A stretch of DNA of 60,220 nucleotides from an uncultured Candidatus Saccharibacteria bacterium (GCA_964348495.1 CAYGCZ010000002.1:8588-68807); one strand, 5' to 3'; positions 15,859-24,979 are shown, counted from the first letter of the stretch. Notes: generated by a model from the sequence alone, not told the origin. Translations and numbers: made by a program.

Positions 15859-16566
15859 ATGTTATCTGCAACCTACAAACATCATGAAGAAGCCGCGGCG
15901 ATTGCCTTAAACGACGACGCCGCGCGCGCGGAGGAGAAGGCCCGCCACGACGGCTATCAGTATTCCCGCGTCTCGCGCTTCTTCGGCCGCATACTTATCG
16001 GCTTGGGCAACATCGTGTATGGCGAAGGCCCCTCGTATATCAAGTTTCGTGCGCTTGAAATCATCGCGCGCGTGCCGTATCACTCGTGGGAGTCGGCCGC
16101 TTACACACTGCTCACCCTTTTTTACTCTCAAGAGAAGAAGGCGATCCGTCTCTCGCGTTTTTCGGCGTTTGCACGGCACGCCCAGGACAACGAGACGATG
16201 CACGTCATCGTCATATCGCACATCGCCAAGAAGGAGTGCGCCCATTCGTTCATGCGTACGACGCTTATCCCCGTGTTCTTTGCTTTTATGTATTTTTGGG
16301 CCGCCTATGTGCTCTACCTCGTACATCGTCGTTGGGCGCTTGAGTTGAATGCACTGTTTGAAGATCACGCCTTTGAACAATACGACCGCTTTATTACCGA
16401 GTGGCAGGCGGCTCTCAAAGAGAAGCCGGTAGAGAGCGACTTTCTCACCTTCTATGGCAGGGTTGCGCCGACGCAGTTGGATTTTTTCCGTCTGGTGCGC
16501 AACGACGAGCTGATGCACCGTAACCGCTCGCTTGATCAGATCGCGCTCTCCGGCATTCGGCTCTGA
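15859..16566 (+). CDS. Alternative oxidase-like diiron carboxylate protein (AOX/PTOX family)
   Basis: Four motifs in AOX order: ALEIIARVP (Glu), DNETMHV (ExxH), FEDHAFEQY (Glu) and NDELMHRN (ExxH). Confidence 0.65.
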   Translation: MLSATYKHHEEAAAIALNDDAARAEEKARHDGYQYSRVSRFFGRILIGLGNIVYGEGPSYIKFRALEIIARVPYHSWESAAYTLLTLFYSQEKKAIRLSRFSAFARHAQDNETMHVIVISHIAKKECAHSFMRTTLIPVFFAFMYFWAAYVLYLVHRRWALELNALFEDHAFEQYDRFITEWQAALKEKPVESDFLTFYGRVAPTQLDFFRLVRNDELMHRNRSLDQIALSGIRL

Positions 16567-16620
16567 CACGTTTTTGTGTGAAGGTTATGCACTTTTTTCA
16601 ACGCAGTGGTTTTTTCATCG

Positions 16621-16629
16621 TGGTATAAT
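16621..16629 (+). promoter_or_regulatory. Extended -10 (TGGTATAAT) upstream of the histidine kinase
   Basis: Sequence match, 21 nt from the ATG. Confidence 0.45.
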
Positions 16630-16650
16630 GTAATCAAGGATTGATCTACC

Positions 16651-18018
16651 ATGACGAAACCTTTCTTTATCGCTGTGATCACAGGTGTTGTCGCCTTCCT
16701 GCTCTGTGGTATGTATCGTCAAGCGCGCTCGTACAAGACACTACTCAAAGAAAAAGCTGATCTGCAAGACGCACTGGCAAATGCCGAGCGAATGCGCGAT
16801 GCGTTGGTCGGCAAGGAGGGCGATCTGACACATACCATAAGCGACCTGCGCGACATCAAGAGTGCAACTCTCAATATATTAGAGGATCTTGAGCGTGAAC
16901 GTGATCATTCAGAACAAGAGACGCGCAAGCTCGGAGTAATCTTGCAGAGCATCGGCGAGGGCATCTTTGTGGTAGATACCGCTTCGCGTGTCCTGATCTT
17001 CAACGATGCCGCCAGTATCCTCTCGGGATTTTTCAAAGACGAGGTGGTTGGAAAGCCCTATCAGTCTGTCTTGCGTTTCGTCTATGAAGAGACGGGACTG
17101 CCTTACAGCGCAGCAATCAAGACGGCCTTTGTCGGCGGCGCGGTGCACGAGATAGCGGGCAAGACAGCGCTTTTGCGCAAGGATGGAACGCGCATGCCGG
17201 TCGTCGTCGGCGCGGCTCCACTGCGCGATGCCGCGGGAGGTCTTACCGGTGTTGTTGTCGTCTTTCGGGACGTGACCAAAGAGCGCGAGATAGAACGGCA
17301 AAAGAGCGACTTCGTCTCGTTTGCTTCCCATCAACTCAAATCGCCTCTTACCGGTATCCGCCTCTATACTGAGATGCTCATCTCGGGGCAATCCGGGCCG
17401 CTTACTGATGCACAGCGAGATACTCTGTCTGCTATTTATCAAGGCAGTGAGCGCATGCTCTCCCTCATCAAAGCTCTCTTGGACATTTCGCGTATCGAGC
17501 GCGGCATGATCGGTGCGGAGCGGGATATCATCGTCATACCTCATATTATCGAGAAGGCCTTGGAAGACCTTGCACCCAACGTCAACGAAAAGAAGCTGAA
17601 GGTGGCGACCGATTATGATACATCTCTCCCCGCCGTCATGGAAAACCAAAAATTCATGGAGATGGTCTTTCAAAACTTACTCTCAAACGCCGTCAAATAC
17701 ACACCCTCAGGCGGTTCAATCACTGTCAAAATCCGCAAAGTGAAGGACGAGATCATCGCGAGCGTCTCGGATACGGGGTGCGGCATCCCGCGTGAGGATC
17801 AGGCACATATCTTTGGTCGTTTCTTCAGGGCGCGCAACGTCGTCGACAAGTCCGCTATTGAAGGCATGGGTCTTGGATTATATATTGTAAAGGAGTTCAT
17901 CGAGAACATCGGCGGTCGCATCTGGTTTGAATCCACAGAGGGAAAGGGGACGACCTTCTACGTCGCCTGGCCCATACGAGTCGCACTACAAACCGTGCCG
18001 ACGGGAGGCAAAAAATAA
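16651..18018 (+). CDS. Sensor histidine kinase (TM-coiled coil-PAS-HisKA-HATPase)
   Basis: H-box FVSFASHQLKSPLTGI, N-box LLSNAVKYT and G-boxes DTGCGIP and GMGLGLYIV. Confidence 0.9.
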   Translation: MTKPFFIAVITGVVAFLLCGMYRQARSYKTLLKEKADLQDALANAERMRDALVGKEGDLTHTISDLRDIKSATLNILEDLERERDHSEQETRKLGVILQSIGEGIFVVDTASRVLIFNDAASILSGFFKDEVVGKPYQSVLRFVYEETGLPYSAAIKTAFVGGAVHEIAGKTALLRKDGTRMPVVVGAAPLRDAAGGLTGVVVVFRDVTKEREIERQKSDFVSFASHQLKSPLTGIRLYTEMLISGQSGPLTDAQRDTLSAIYQGSERMLSLIKALLDISRIERGMIGAERDIIVIPHIIEKALEDLAPNVNEKKLKVATDYDTSLPAVMENQKFMEMVFQNLLSNAVKYTPSGGSITVKIRKVKDEIIASVSDTGCGIPREDQAHIFGRFFRARNVVDKSAIEGMGLGLYIVKEFIENIGGRIWFESTEGKGTTFYVAWPIRVALQTVPTGGKK

Positions 18019-18021
18019 ATC

Positions 18022-19578
18022 ATGGATATTCTACAGCGCATTCCCATCTTCGGGTGGGCCATAAGTGCGGGGGTGGTGCTCGCCATTGGCGGATTCTTCA
18101 TCGCGGGCAAGGAGGAAGGTGCGGAGGCCTACGAGTATGTCGTTGCCACCACGACCGACGTGGTGCGCGAGGTGACGGTGACGGGTCATGTGAAGCCCGC
18201 ATCCGGCATTGATCTTTCATTCGATCAAGCAGGTACGCTCGCGGCTCTGTTTGTGGAGGTGGGAGACCGTGTTGACGCGGGTGATCCTATCGCCTCACTC
18301 ATAAACGACGATATACGAGCCGATCTCGATCAGGCGCGAGCAACCGCCGCCTATCAGGAAGCACAGTACGATCTCCTCATCTCGGGAGCGCGCACCGAAG
18401 CGATCCAGCTTGATCGGGCAAAAGTCGTTGCCGCCGAGCAATCCTTGGAAGACGCCTCTCGCTCCGCCGTGGACGCCCTCGGCGATGCATATACGGCGGC
18501 CGATGACGCTATTCGCAACAAGGTCGATCAATTCTTTGATAATCCGCGCACGAACATTCCTCAAGTAACCTTCTCTCTGTCGGATGTCCAATTACGCCAG
18601 GTGATTGAGAGCGGGCGCGTGACGATCGAGGGGGTGCTTGTCGCATGGGAGGTGCCCCTTGCCGCTTCTGCCGGTCCCGCGATGCTCTCGTTGGCACTTG
18701 AAAATTCTGTCAATCGTCTGCGGGCGGTACGTGATTACCTCGCATCGGTTGCCCTCGCCGTGAACAGTTTAAAGGCGGACACGTCGCAATCGCAAGCGAC
18801 AATCGACGGATACCGTACCGATATCGGCACGGCGCGCTCGCAGATAGACACCGCCCTTAGTTCACTGACGGCGGCGCAGACGGCGGTGCGATCGGGAGTC
18901 TCTTCGCTTGAAGTCGTGCGTCGTACGCTCGCGCTTACTGAGGCACCTCTGCGCGAAGAGGATCGCCTCGCCGCCGCGGCAAAGCTCACCGAAGCGCGCG
19001 CCGCTTTGCGCCGCGCACATGCTCGCCTCAACAAGACTGCACTCTCGGCACCGTTCGACGCCGTTGTGGACAAAAAGAATGTTACGGTGGGGGAGAGTGT
19101 CGGCGTGCACGAGCCTATCGTGCGGCTTTCCGCCGATGCGGCACTTACGATTGAAATGTTCGTGCCCGAGACGGATGTCGTCAGTCTTGCGATCGGCGAT
19201 ACGGCGCGCGTGTCCTTTGACGCCTATGACGGCCTGCGCCTTTTTGCCGCGGCGGTTACGAGCATAGAATCGGCCGAGACGATCATCGAAGGAGTGCCGA
19301 CCTACAAAACAACCCTCATACTCACCACTCCCGATGAGCATATTCGTTCCGGCATGACGGCGACTATTATCATAGAAACGGAGCGTCGCGAAGGGGTCGT
19401 AGCGGTGCCGGGCCGTTCTGTCATAGAAAGCGAAGGGCGGATCTATGTGCGCATTTTGAACGATGACACCATTGTTGAAGAACGAGATATTGTTACGGGC
19501 GTTCGCGGCAGTGATGGTATGGTCGAGGTGTCCTCGGGAGTTTCTTTGGGCGATCGGGTGATCGTCTTTACTCGCTGA
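18022..19578 (+). CDS. HlyD/MacA-like periplasmic adaptor subunit
   Basis: An N-terminal transmembrane helix, a lipoyl-like hairpin, long Ala-rich coiled coils and a C-terminal beta-barrel. It sits immediately upstream of MacB-like genes. Confidence 0.75.
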   Translation: MDILQRIPIFGWAISAGVVLAIGGFFIAGKEEGAEAYEYVVATTTDVVREVTVTGHVKPASGIDLSFDQAGTLAALFVEVGDRVDAGDPIASLINDDIRADLDQARATAAYQEAQYDLLISGARTEAIQLDRAKVVAAEQSLEDASRSAVDALGDAYTAADDAIRNKVDQFFDNPRTNIPQVTFSLSDVQLRQVIESGRVTIEGVLVAWEVPLAASAGPAMLSLALENSVNRLRAVRDYLASVALAVNSLKADTSQSQATIDGYRTDIGTARSQIDTALSSLTAAQTAVRSGVSSLEVVRRTLALTEAPLREEDRLAAAAKLTEARAALRRAHARLNKTALSAPFDAVVDKKNVTVGESVGVHEPIVRLSADAALTIEMFVPETDVVSLAIGDTARVSFDAYDGLRLFAAAVTSIESAETIIEGVPTYKTTLILTTPDEHIRSGMTATIIIETERREGVVAVPGRSVIESEGRIYVRILNDDTIVEERDIVTGVRGSDGMVEVSSGVSLGDRVIVFTR

Positions 19579-19587
19579 TTGTCGGAT

Positions 19588-20301
19588 ATGGACGTGATCA
19601 CGGTGGACAAGCTTTCCAGGACCTACGATGGCGGCGCGCCGACGCCTGCCTTGCGTGAGGTTTCTTTTCGTATCGCACAAGGGGAGTTTACCGCGGTGAT
19701 GGGTCCTTCCGGTTCGGGCAAGTCCACCCTTCTGCATATTCTCGGCCTTCTTGATACCGCCAGTTCGGGGACATATCACCTGCACGGCATTCCCGTTGCA
19801 TCGTACAGTCCCGTCGAAGCGGCGCGCATTCGCAACAAAGAGATTGGGTTTATCTTTCAGATGTTCAATCTTCTGCCGCGCACGACCGTGCTTAGGAATG
19901 TTATGTTGCCTCTTCTCTACTCGGGTATCCCTGAGTATGAGTGGCACGATCGGGCAGAGCGCGCCGTCGAGTCCGTCGGCCTGACACACCGCATCGGGCA
20001 TGTAACGAGCCAGCTTTCCGGCGGCGAACGCCAGCGGGTCGCCATCGCCCGAGCATTGGTCACCGACCCCTCGATCATCCTCGCCGATGAACCGACCGGC
20101 AGTCTTGATTCGGTCTCCGGTGGCGCGGTCATGAAGATCATTCAGGATCTGAACGAACGACAAGGGCGGACGGTGATCCTCATCACCCACGAAACGTATA
20201 CCGCCGCCCATGCCGGCCGCATCATTCGCCTCCACGACGGCATGATCGCCGAAGACAAACAAGTCGACCACCGCCACGCCGCGGGAGATTTCAGTAAATA
20301 A
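19588..20301 (+). CDS. ABC transporter ATP-binding protein (MacB/LolD-like)
   Basis: Walker [10 protein letters not shown], signature LSGGERQR and Walker B ILADEPTG. Confidence 0.92.
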   Translation: MDVITVDKLSRTYDGGAPTPALREVSFRIAQGEFTAVMGPSGSGKSTLLHILGLLDTASSGTYHLHGIPVASYSPVEAARIRNKEIGFIFQMFNLLPRTTVLRNVMLPLLYSGIPEYEWHDRAERAVESVGLTHRIGHVTSQLSGGERQRVAIARALVTDPSIILADEPTGSLDSVSGGAVMKIIQDLNERQGRTVILITHETYTAAHAGRIIRLHDGMIAEDKQVDHRHAAGDFSK

Positions 20302-20306
20302 CCCCC

Positions 20307-21551
20307 ATGTCGTTCGCACATATTTTAAAAACGGCCGTTGCGGGGCTCGTCGTCAACAAGGCGCGTTCCGCGCTCACCATGCTCGGTATCGTGATCGGCA
20401 TCGTCGCCGTTATCATGATGATGTCCTTGGGCAAGGGCGCCGAGAGATTGATTATAAGTCAGATCGGCAATCTGGGTGCCGAGACGATTATCATCCGGCC
20501 CGGCCGCGAGCCGAAAGGCCCTTCCGATGTCGGGCAGACGCTCTTCTCCGATTCTCTCAAGAATCGGGATGTTCAGCTTTTGCAACGCAAGGAGAACGCT
20601 CCTTACATCGTCGACGTGATGCCGGTACTCCTCGTACCCGGAAGTTTGTCCTATCGGGGCGAGACTTTCACCCCCACCCTTATCGGCGGCACCGTGGCTT
20701 TTTTCGTCGACGCCTTTGGGGTGCGTTTGGCCGAGGGGCGTCTCTTTGACGAGCATGATATTCGCGATCAATCGGCGGTCATCGTTATCGGTGCCAAGGT
20801 ACGGCGTGAGCTTTTTGGCGATGCGACCGCGATCGGAGAATATGTGCGGATCAAGGATCGTTCGTTTCGCGTGATCGGGACGCTCGCATCCAAAGGGCAG
20901 ACGGGCATCTTTAATTTTGATGAGGTGGCGGTCGTGCCGCATACCGCCGCACAAAAGTATTTGCTCGGTATCAATCATTATCATGAGATCATCGTGCGGA
21001 CGACGGGGCCCGATGCCGTCGCCCGAACCGTGGTGGATATAGAGGCGACGCTCCGCGAGGCACACCGCATCTCAAGCCCCGCCAAAGACGACTTCTTCAT
21101 CGTTACCCAGCAAGGAGTCGTCGAGCAGGTACAGACAATCCTTGGGGCGCTCACCGCCTTCCTCTCGTCCGTCGTCGCCATCGGGCTCGTGATCGGCGGG
21201 ATTGGCATCATGAATATCATGCTCGTCTCCGTTACCGAGCGGACGCGCGAGATCGGCTTGCGCAAGGCCATCGGGGCGACGGAAGGCGATATTCTCAAGC
21301 AATTTCTCGTCGAGGCGATCCTCTTGACCGGTGTGGGCGGCTTGGTCGGGGTTATCCTCGGCGCCCTCTTCTCCTATGGGCTGACCCTAGCGTTGCGCAC
21401 CTTTGCAGGCCTTGATTGGCAGTTTGTCTTTCCGCTCTCCGCCGTATGGCTCGGACTCTCCGTATCGGCCGCGGTGGGGCTTGTCTTCGGTATCTACCCT
21501 GCGCGTCAAGCCGCCCGCAAAGACCCCATTGAGGCACTGCGATATGAATGA
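20307..21551 (+). CDS. ABC transporter permease (MacB/FtsX-type)
   Basis: A MacB periplasmic-core layout with a C-terminal FtsX domain (ERTREIGLRKAIGA). Confidence 0.88.
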   Translation: MSFAHILKTAVAGLVVNKARSALTMLGIVIGIVAVIMMMSLGKGAERLIISQIGNLGAETIIIRPGREPKGPSDVGQTLFSDSLKNRDVQLLQRKENAPYIVDVMPVLLVPGSLSYRGETFTPTLIGGTVAFFVDAFGVRLAEGRLFDEHDIRDQSAVIVIGAKVRRELFGDATAIGEYVRIKDRSFRVIGTLASKGQTGIFNFDEVAVVPHTAAQKYLLGINHYHEIIVRTTGPDAVARTVVDIEATLREAHRISSPAKDDFFIVTQQGVVEQVQTILGALTAFLSSVVAIGLVIGGIGIMNIMLVSVTERTREIGLRKAIGATEGDILKQFLVEAILLTGVGGLVGVILGALFSYGLTLALRTFAGLDWQFVFPLSAVWLGLSVSAAVGLVFGIYPARQAARKDPIEALRYE

Positions 21552-21573
21552 GGAGCCCTTTTTAATGAAGAAC

Positions 21574-21602
21574 TTGCATTTTCATAAAATATATGGTACT
21601 GT
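21574..21602 (+). promoter_or_regulatory. Promoter for ORF 21650
   Basis: TTGCAT, a 17-nt spacer, then TACTGT. Confidence 0.45.
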
Positions 21603-21649
21603 ACGGAAAGTATAGTTGGTTGTTTTTTCACAAATAGAGAGGTGAGTAT

Positions 21650-22291
21650 ATGAACGAGCAGTTCAATATATACACGCCGCGCAGGGATGAAAGCGGCAGG
21701 ATTGTGGGAATGGAGTATGGTCTAACACCAGTACGATCCGCTCGAATTTTGGATCGAGTGGTGGGGAAAAATCACGGGTGGATCAAGGATGGGAGTAAAG
21801 GAACCATCATCCGTTTTTCGGAATCGGATAGCCGATCCATGGACCATGTGATTTTTGTCCTCTGGGATGAGAAACATATCGGCGTCACGGATGCAAAATT
21901 TTCCGAGATACAACAACTTACGGAAGAGAGTGCTTTGCCTGTCGAGACACTTATGTATCTCGGGGAAAAGGATCCTCAACTCTTGGAACAGTATCGTTGC
22001 CAAGAGACTGAGAAGATACTGAACTCCGCGCCGGAAGAACATCGTCGAAAACTGCAAGGATTGCAATTCAAGATAGACATGGAGCGCCGCAAAGCAAAGA
22101 CACCTATGGCGGCTTGTTTAAAGCTGGCGGCGATGATGCAGGATAGTTTCTTAAAACTTCGGGAGGCGTTGAATCAGATCGCCGCCGACAACCCACCCAA
22201 ACATGTCTCGGTAACATCTACCGCCAAAGCCCCGGCGACAAAACCAACGGGGCGCAAGGTGCTCCCGTTTCAGCCAAAAAACAAGGAGTAG
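21650..22291 (+). CDS. Hypothetical protein (C-terminal half possibly DUF3135-like)
   Basis: 213-aa ORF with a GAGAGGTGAG Shine-Dalgarno sequence, an upstream TTGCAT-N17-TACTGT promoter and a downstream terminator. RKLQGLQFKIDMERRKAKTPMAA resembles DUF3135 from memory only. Confidence 0.55.
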   Translation: MNEQFNIYTPRRDESGRIVGMEYGLTPVRSARILDRVVGKNHGWIKDGSKGTIIRFSESDSRSMDHVIFVLWDEKHIGVTDAKFSEIQQLTEESALPVETLMYLGEKDPQLLEQYRCQETEKILNSAPEEHRRKLQGLQFKIDMERRKAKTPMAACLKLAAMMQDSFLKLREALNQIAADNPPKHVSVTSTAKAPATKPTGRKVLPFQPKNKE

Positions 22292-22304
22292 TTCTTTCGT
22301 TCAG

Positions 22305-22333
22305 GCCCGAATCTCACGATATCGGGCTTTTTT
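22305..22333 (+). terminator. Intrinsic terminator after ORF 21650
   Basis: GCCCGA-loop-TCGGGC followed by TTTTTT. Confidence 0.7.
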
Positions 22334-22348
22334 CATGCTATTTCGCCC

Positions 22349-22377
22349 CCTACTTAGAAATCGGGTTTCTAAGTAGG
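22349..22377. repeat. Perfect 12-bp inverted repeat CCTACTTAGAAA-TCGGG-TTTCTAAGTAGG upstream of the rplY promoter
   Basis: Hand-checked reverse complement. It ends 21 nt upstream of the TTGCAT -35 box. Confidence 0.85.
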
Positions 22378-22398
22378 TTCTAAATAGGTTTGAGGGCG

Positions 22399-22427
22399 TT
22401 GCATTTTTTTTACCGCAATGATAGTAT
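22399..22427 (+). promoter_or_regulatory. rplY promoter
   Basis: TTGCAT, a 17-nt spacer with TGA, then TAGTAT (22422..22427). The ATG follows 7 nt later. Confidence 0.55.
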
Positions 22428-22434
22428 TCTGCGC

Positions 22435-23064
22435 ATGGTACAGATTACTGCAGAGAAGCGAGACATCTCCATAAAGCCCTACGCCATTCGCGCGGCGGGA
22501 AATATTCCGGCTGTCTTTTATAGCGGCAAGGAGCAGGCGACCTCTATCGTGATCCCGCTGAGTGTCTTCAGCAAGGTCTACAAGGAGGCCGGCGAGTCGA
22601 GCGTCGTCACGCTTGATGTTGCCGGACGGCAGGTCAATGTGCTCATCCACGATGTCGCCTTCCACCCCGTAACGAGCGCCCCGATCCACGTTGATTTTTA
22701 TGCTATCGAGGCCGACAAGCCCGTCGAGGTTGATGTGTCGCTTGAGTTCACGGGCACCGCTCCCGCCGAGAAGCTGGGCGGTATCCTCGTCAAAGTCATG
22801 CACGAGATCACCGTCAAAGGTTTGCCCAAAGACCTGCCCCACGAAGTTACGGTAGATGTCGGCGTACTTCGCACGTTTGAAGATCACATCACCATCGCCG
22901 ACCTCGTCCTCCCTTCAGGTATTGTCGCCGTCGCCGATGCCGATGAGGTCGTCGCACTGATCGGCAGTGCCGCCGCTGAAGAAGAGGCACCTGCCGCAAC
23001 TTTTGATGCCGCCGCCGTCGCCGTAGAGAAGAAAGGCAAGAAAGAAGAGGACGCCGAGGCATAA
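22435..23064 (+). CDS. rplY: Ribosomal protein L25/Ctc
   Basis: An L25 N-terminal domain (AIRAAGNIPAVFYSGKE.., IHDVAFHPV..IHVDF) with an acidic/Ala-rich tail. Confidence 0.85.
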   Translation: MVQITAEKRDISIKPYAIRAAGNIPAVFYSGKEQATSIVIPLSVFSKVYKEAGESSVVTLDVAGRQVNVLIHDVAFHPVTSAPIHVDFYAIEADKPVEVDVSLEFTGTAPAEKLGGILVKVMHEITVKGLPKDLPHEVTVDVGVLRTFEDHITIADLVLPSGIVAVADADEVVALIGSAAAEEEAPAATFDAAAVAVEKKGKKEEDAEA

Positions 23065-23088
23065 TCTCACTCATTGGTTTCTTTGCAA

Positions 23089-23114
23089 AACACCCGCCAA
23101 TAACGGGTGTTTTC
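23089..23114 (+). terminator. Intrinsic terminator after rplY
   Basis: AACACCCG-loop-CGGGTGTT followed by TTTCGTT. Confidence 0.7.
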
Positions 23115-23132
23115 GTTGGTTGCGCCCGGGTA

Positions 23133-23141
23133 TGCTATACT
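23133..23141 (+). promoter_or_regulatory. Extended -10 (TGCTATACT) upstream of the lytic transglycosylase gene
   Basis: Sequence match, 45 nt from the GTG start. Confidence 0.45.
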
Positions 23142-23186
23142 GGGTGAACATACAGGCGTTTCTCGAAATGAAACGTCACACTATCT

Positions 23187-24494
23187 GTGTTTGGGGATGT
23201 TTCTAAAAAATTGACAGCGTATCTGATGGTAGCATGCATAGCATGTGCGCCCTTTACCGTGGTTGGGCAGACGGGTGATCAGGGTGTTTTGGAAAAGCGA
23301 GCTCAACTTGAGCAGGAATTGGCGGGTTTGGAAAAAGAAATCGAGGTGCAGCAGCAGGTCTTGCAGGAGAAACAACGTCAATCCGTCTCGTTGGAGCGTG
23401 ATATCACGATCTTTGATACCAAGATCCAGTCGGCACAGTTGAGTATCAAGGCGCGCAACCTCGCGATCAGTAAACTTAAACGCGAGATTGATCTCAAATC
23501 CCAAACCATCGCCGAGCTCAACAATAAGCTCGGCAGGCAAAAGGAGTCCCTCGGACAGCTCTTGCGCAAGACGCGCGAGCTGGATTCCTATACGCTCGTC
23601 GAGGTGATGCTGGGCACCAAAAATCTTTCCAGATTCTTTGAGGATGTGGAGAGTTTCACCGCCATCAAGGCCTCCTTGGAGGATTCTTTCATACAGATCG
23701 ATAAGACCAAACAGGCGGCGGCCAAGGAGCAGGAATACCTCCAGGACAACCAGCAGGAAGAGGAGGAGCTCCGCCGTTTGCAGGAACTCCAGAAGATTCG
23801 CCTTGAAGCCGACAAGACCGAGAAACGTCAACTTTTGAATGCAACCAAAGGTGAAGAAAAGAAGTATCAAGAGATCGTTGAGGCAAAGAAACGAAGCGCC
23901 GCGTCCATTCGCAGTCAGCTCTTTTCGTTGCGCGGCTCGGAGGCGATCCCTTTTGAAAAGGCTCTTGAGTACGCCAACCTCGCCTCCGCGAAGACCGGCG
24001 TGCGCCCCGCCTTCATTCTTGGCCTGATCAAAAACGAGTCGCGCTTGGGCGAGTATATCGGCACCGGCAGTTGGCGTGTGGATATGCACCCCACGCGCGA
24101 TCAGCCGATCTTCCTCGAGATCACGCGTCGTCTCGGGCTCAACCCTGACGATATGCCCGTCTCCAAGAAGCCCTGGTACGGGTGGGGAGGGGCGATGGGT
24201 CCGGCGCAGTTCATCCCCTCCACGTGGATCCTCTACGAGGATCGTATTGCAACCCTCTCCGGCCACACGCCGCCCAATCCATGGATACCGCTTGATGCCT
24301 TTATGGCCGCGGCCGTCCTCCTGAAGGACAATGGCGCGGCGAAGGGAGGGGAGGCCGCCGAGCGCCTCGCCGCCTTGCGGTACTTTGCCGGATGGAAGAA
24401 CGCCACCAAGAAAGCCTATGCTTTTTATGGCGAGGATGTGCTCGCCTACGCCGCCGAATTTCAAGAACTCATTGACATCTTGAAATCCAATTAG
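23187..24494 (+). CDS. Secreted coiled-coil protein with C-terminal lytic transglycosylase (SLT_2/MltB-like) domain
   Basis: A GTG start gives a signal-peptide-like N-terminus. About 230 aa of coiled coil follow, then NESRLGEY and GAMGPAQFIPSTW. Confidence 0.75.
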   Translation: MFGDVSKKLTAYLMVACIACAPFTVVGQTGDQGVLEKRAQLEQELAGLEKEIEVQQQVLQEKQRQSVSLERDITIFDTKIQSAQLSIKARNLAISKLKREIDLKSQTIAELNNKLGRQKESLGQLLRKTRELDSYTLVEVMLGTKNLSRFFEDVESFTAIKASLEDSFIQIDKTKQAAAKEQEYLQDNQQEEEELRRLQELQKIRLEADKTEKRQLLNATKGEEKKYQEIVEAKKRSAASIRSQLFSLRGSEAIPFEKALEYANLASAKTGVRPAFILGLIKNESRLGEYIGTGSWRVDMHPTRDQPIFLEITRRLGLNPDDMPVSKKPWYGWGGAMGPAQFIPSTWILYEDRIATLSGHTPPNPWIPLDAFMAAAVLLKDNGAAKGGEAAERLAALRYFAGWKNATKKAYAFYGEDVLAYAAEFQELIDILKSN

Positions 24495-24527
24495 GTTTGT
24501 AGTATACATAGATATTCACAAGAAGGT

Positions 24528-24842
24528 ATGAAAAAGGATATTCACCCAACCTATAACCCCGTCATCACCGCGTCATGCGTTTGTGGCAATGCGTTCACCG
24601 TCGGCTCGACGCTTAAAGCGATCAATGTCGAGGTGTGCAGTAACTGCCATCCGTTCTACACGGGTGAGGAGCGCATCGTAGACACCGCCGGCCGCGTGGA
24701 GAAGTTCAAGGCTCGCCGTGAGACCGCCAAGGAGAAGCAGGCGACCATGAAGCCCAAGAAGCCCCGCGCCAAGAAGAACGCCAAAAAGGGCGAGGAAGAA
24801 GCCGCCTCTGTCGCAGAAGGCGCAGAGACGACGACCGCCTAA
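24528..24842 (+). CDS. rpmE: Ribosomal protein L31 with Lys-rich C-terminal extension
   Basis: MKKDIHPTY.., [10 protein letters not shown]. Confidence 0.92.
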   Translation: MKKDIHPTYNPVITASCVCGNAFTVGSTLKAINVEVCSNCHPFYTGEERIVDTAGRVEKFKARRETAKEKQATMKPKKPRAKKNAKKGEEEAASVAEGAETTTA

Positions 24843-24855
24843 TACCGGTTACACC

Positions 24856-24902
24856 GTCTCCTCCACAAAAGCCGCCCGTAGGGCGGCTTTTGTGGAGGAG
24901 AC
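24856..24902 (+). terminator. Terminator hairpin after rpmE (22-bp perfect stem)
   Basis: GTCTCCTCCACAAAAGCCGCCC-GTA-GGGCGGCTTTTGTGGAGGAGAC. The inner GC stem is followed by TTTTG. Confidence 0.7.
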
Positions 24903-24912
24903 GACACACCAC

Positions 24913-24941
24913 TTGCATTATTTTTGTATATGTGTTATACT
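24913..24941 (+). promoter_or_regulatory. Near-consensus promoter for ORF 24980
   Basis: TTGCAT, a 17-nt spacer ending in TGT, then TATACT (24936..24941). Confidence 0.6.
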
Positions 24942-24979
24942 CTGAAACAGATTTAATTATTTTTTTGGAGGGTCGGATT

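Noticed and set aside
18862-20319. 485-aa minus-strand ORF antisense to the MacA/MacB-like genes. Similar long antisense ORFs occur at 37955..39037 (dnaE), 33488..34423 (thrS), 42171..42983 (rnc), 44175..45203 (smc), 25252..26001 (prfA), 15907..16569 (AOX-like), 55163..56053 (mraZ/rsmH), 59299..60111 (murF) and 10900..11223 (rlmB-like).
   Set aside because: All of them lie opposite genes with unmistakable conserved motifs. Their translations are Arg/Gly/His-rich and low-complexity, as is typical of stop-codon-poor antisense frames in GC-rich DNA. None has recognisable motifs or translation signals.
24856-24902. The 22-bp perfect hairpin after rpmE as another member of the AGAATGTAGAAT element family
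   Set aside because: It has no AGAATGTAGAAT or GAATATAGCCGC block, and it contains an internal GC stem plus U-run. That is consistent with an ordinary, if long, terminator.
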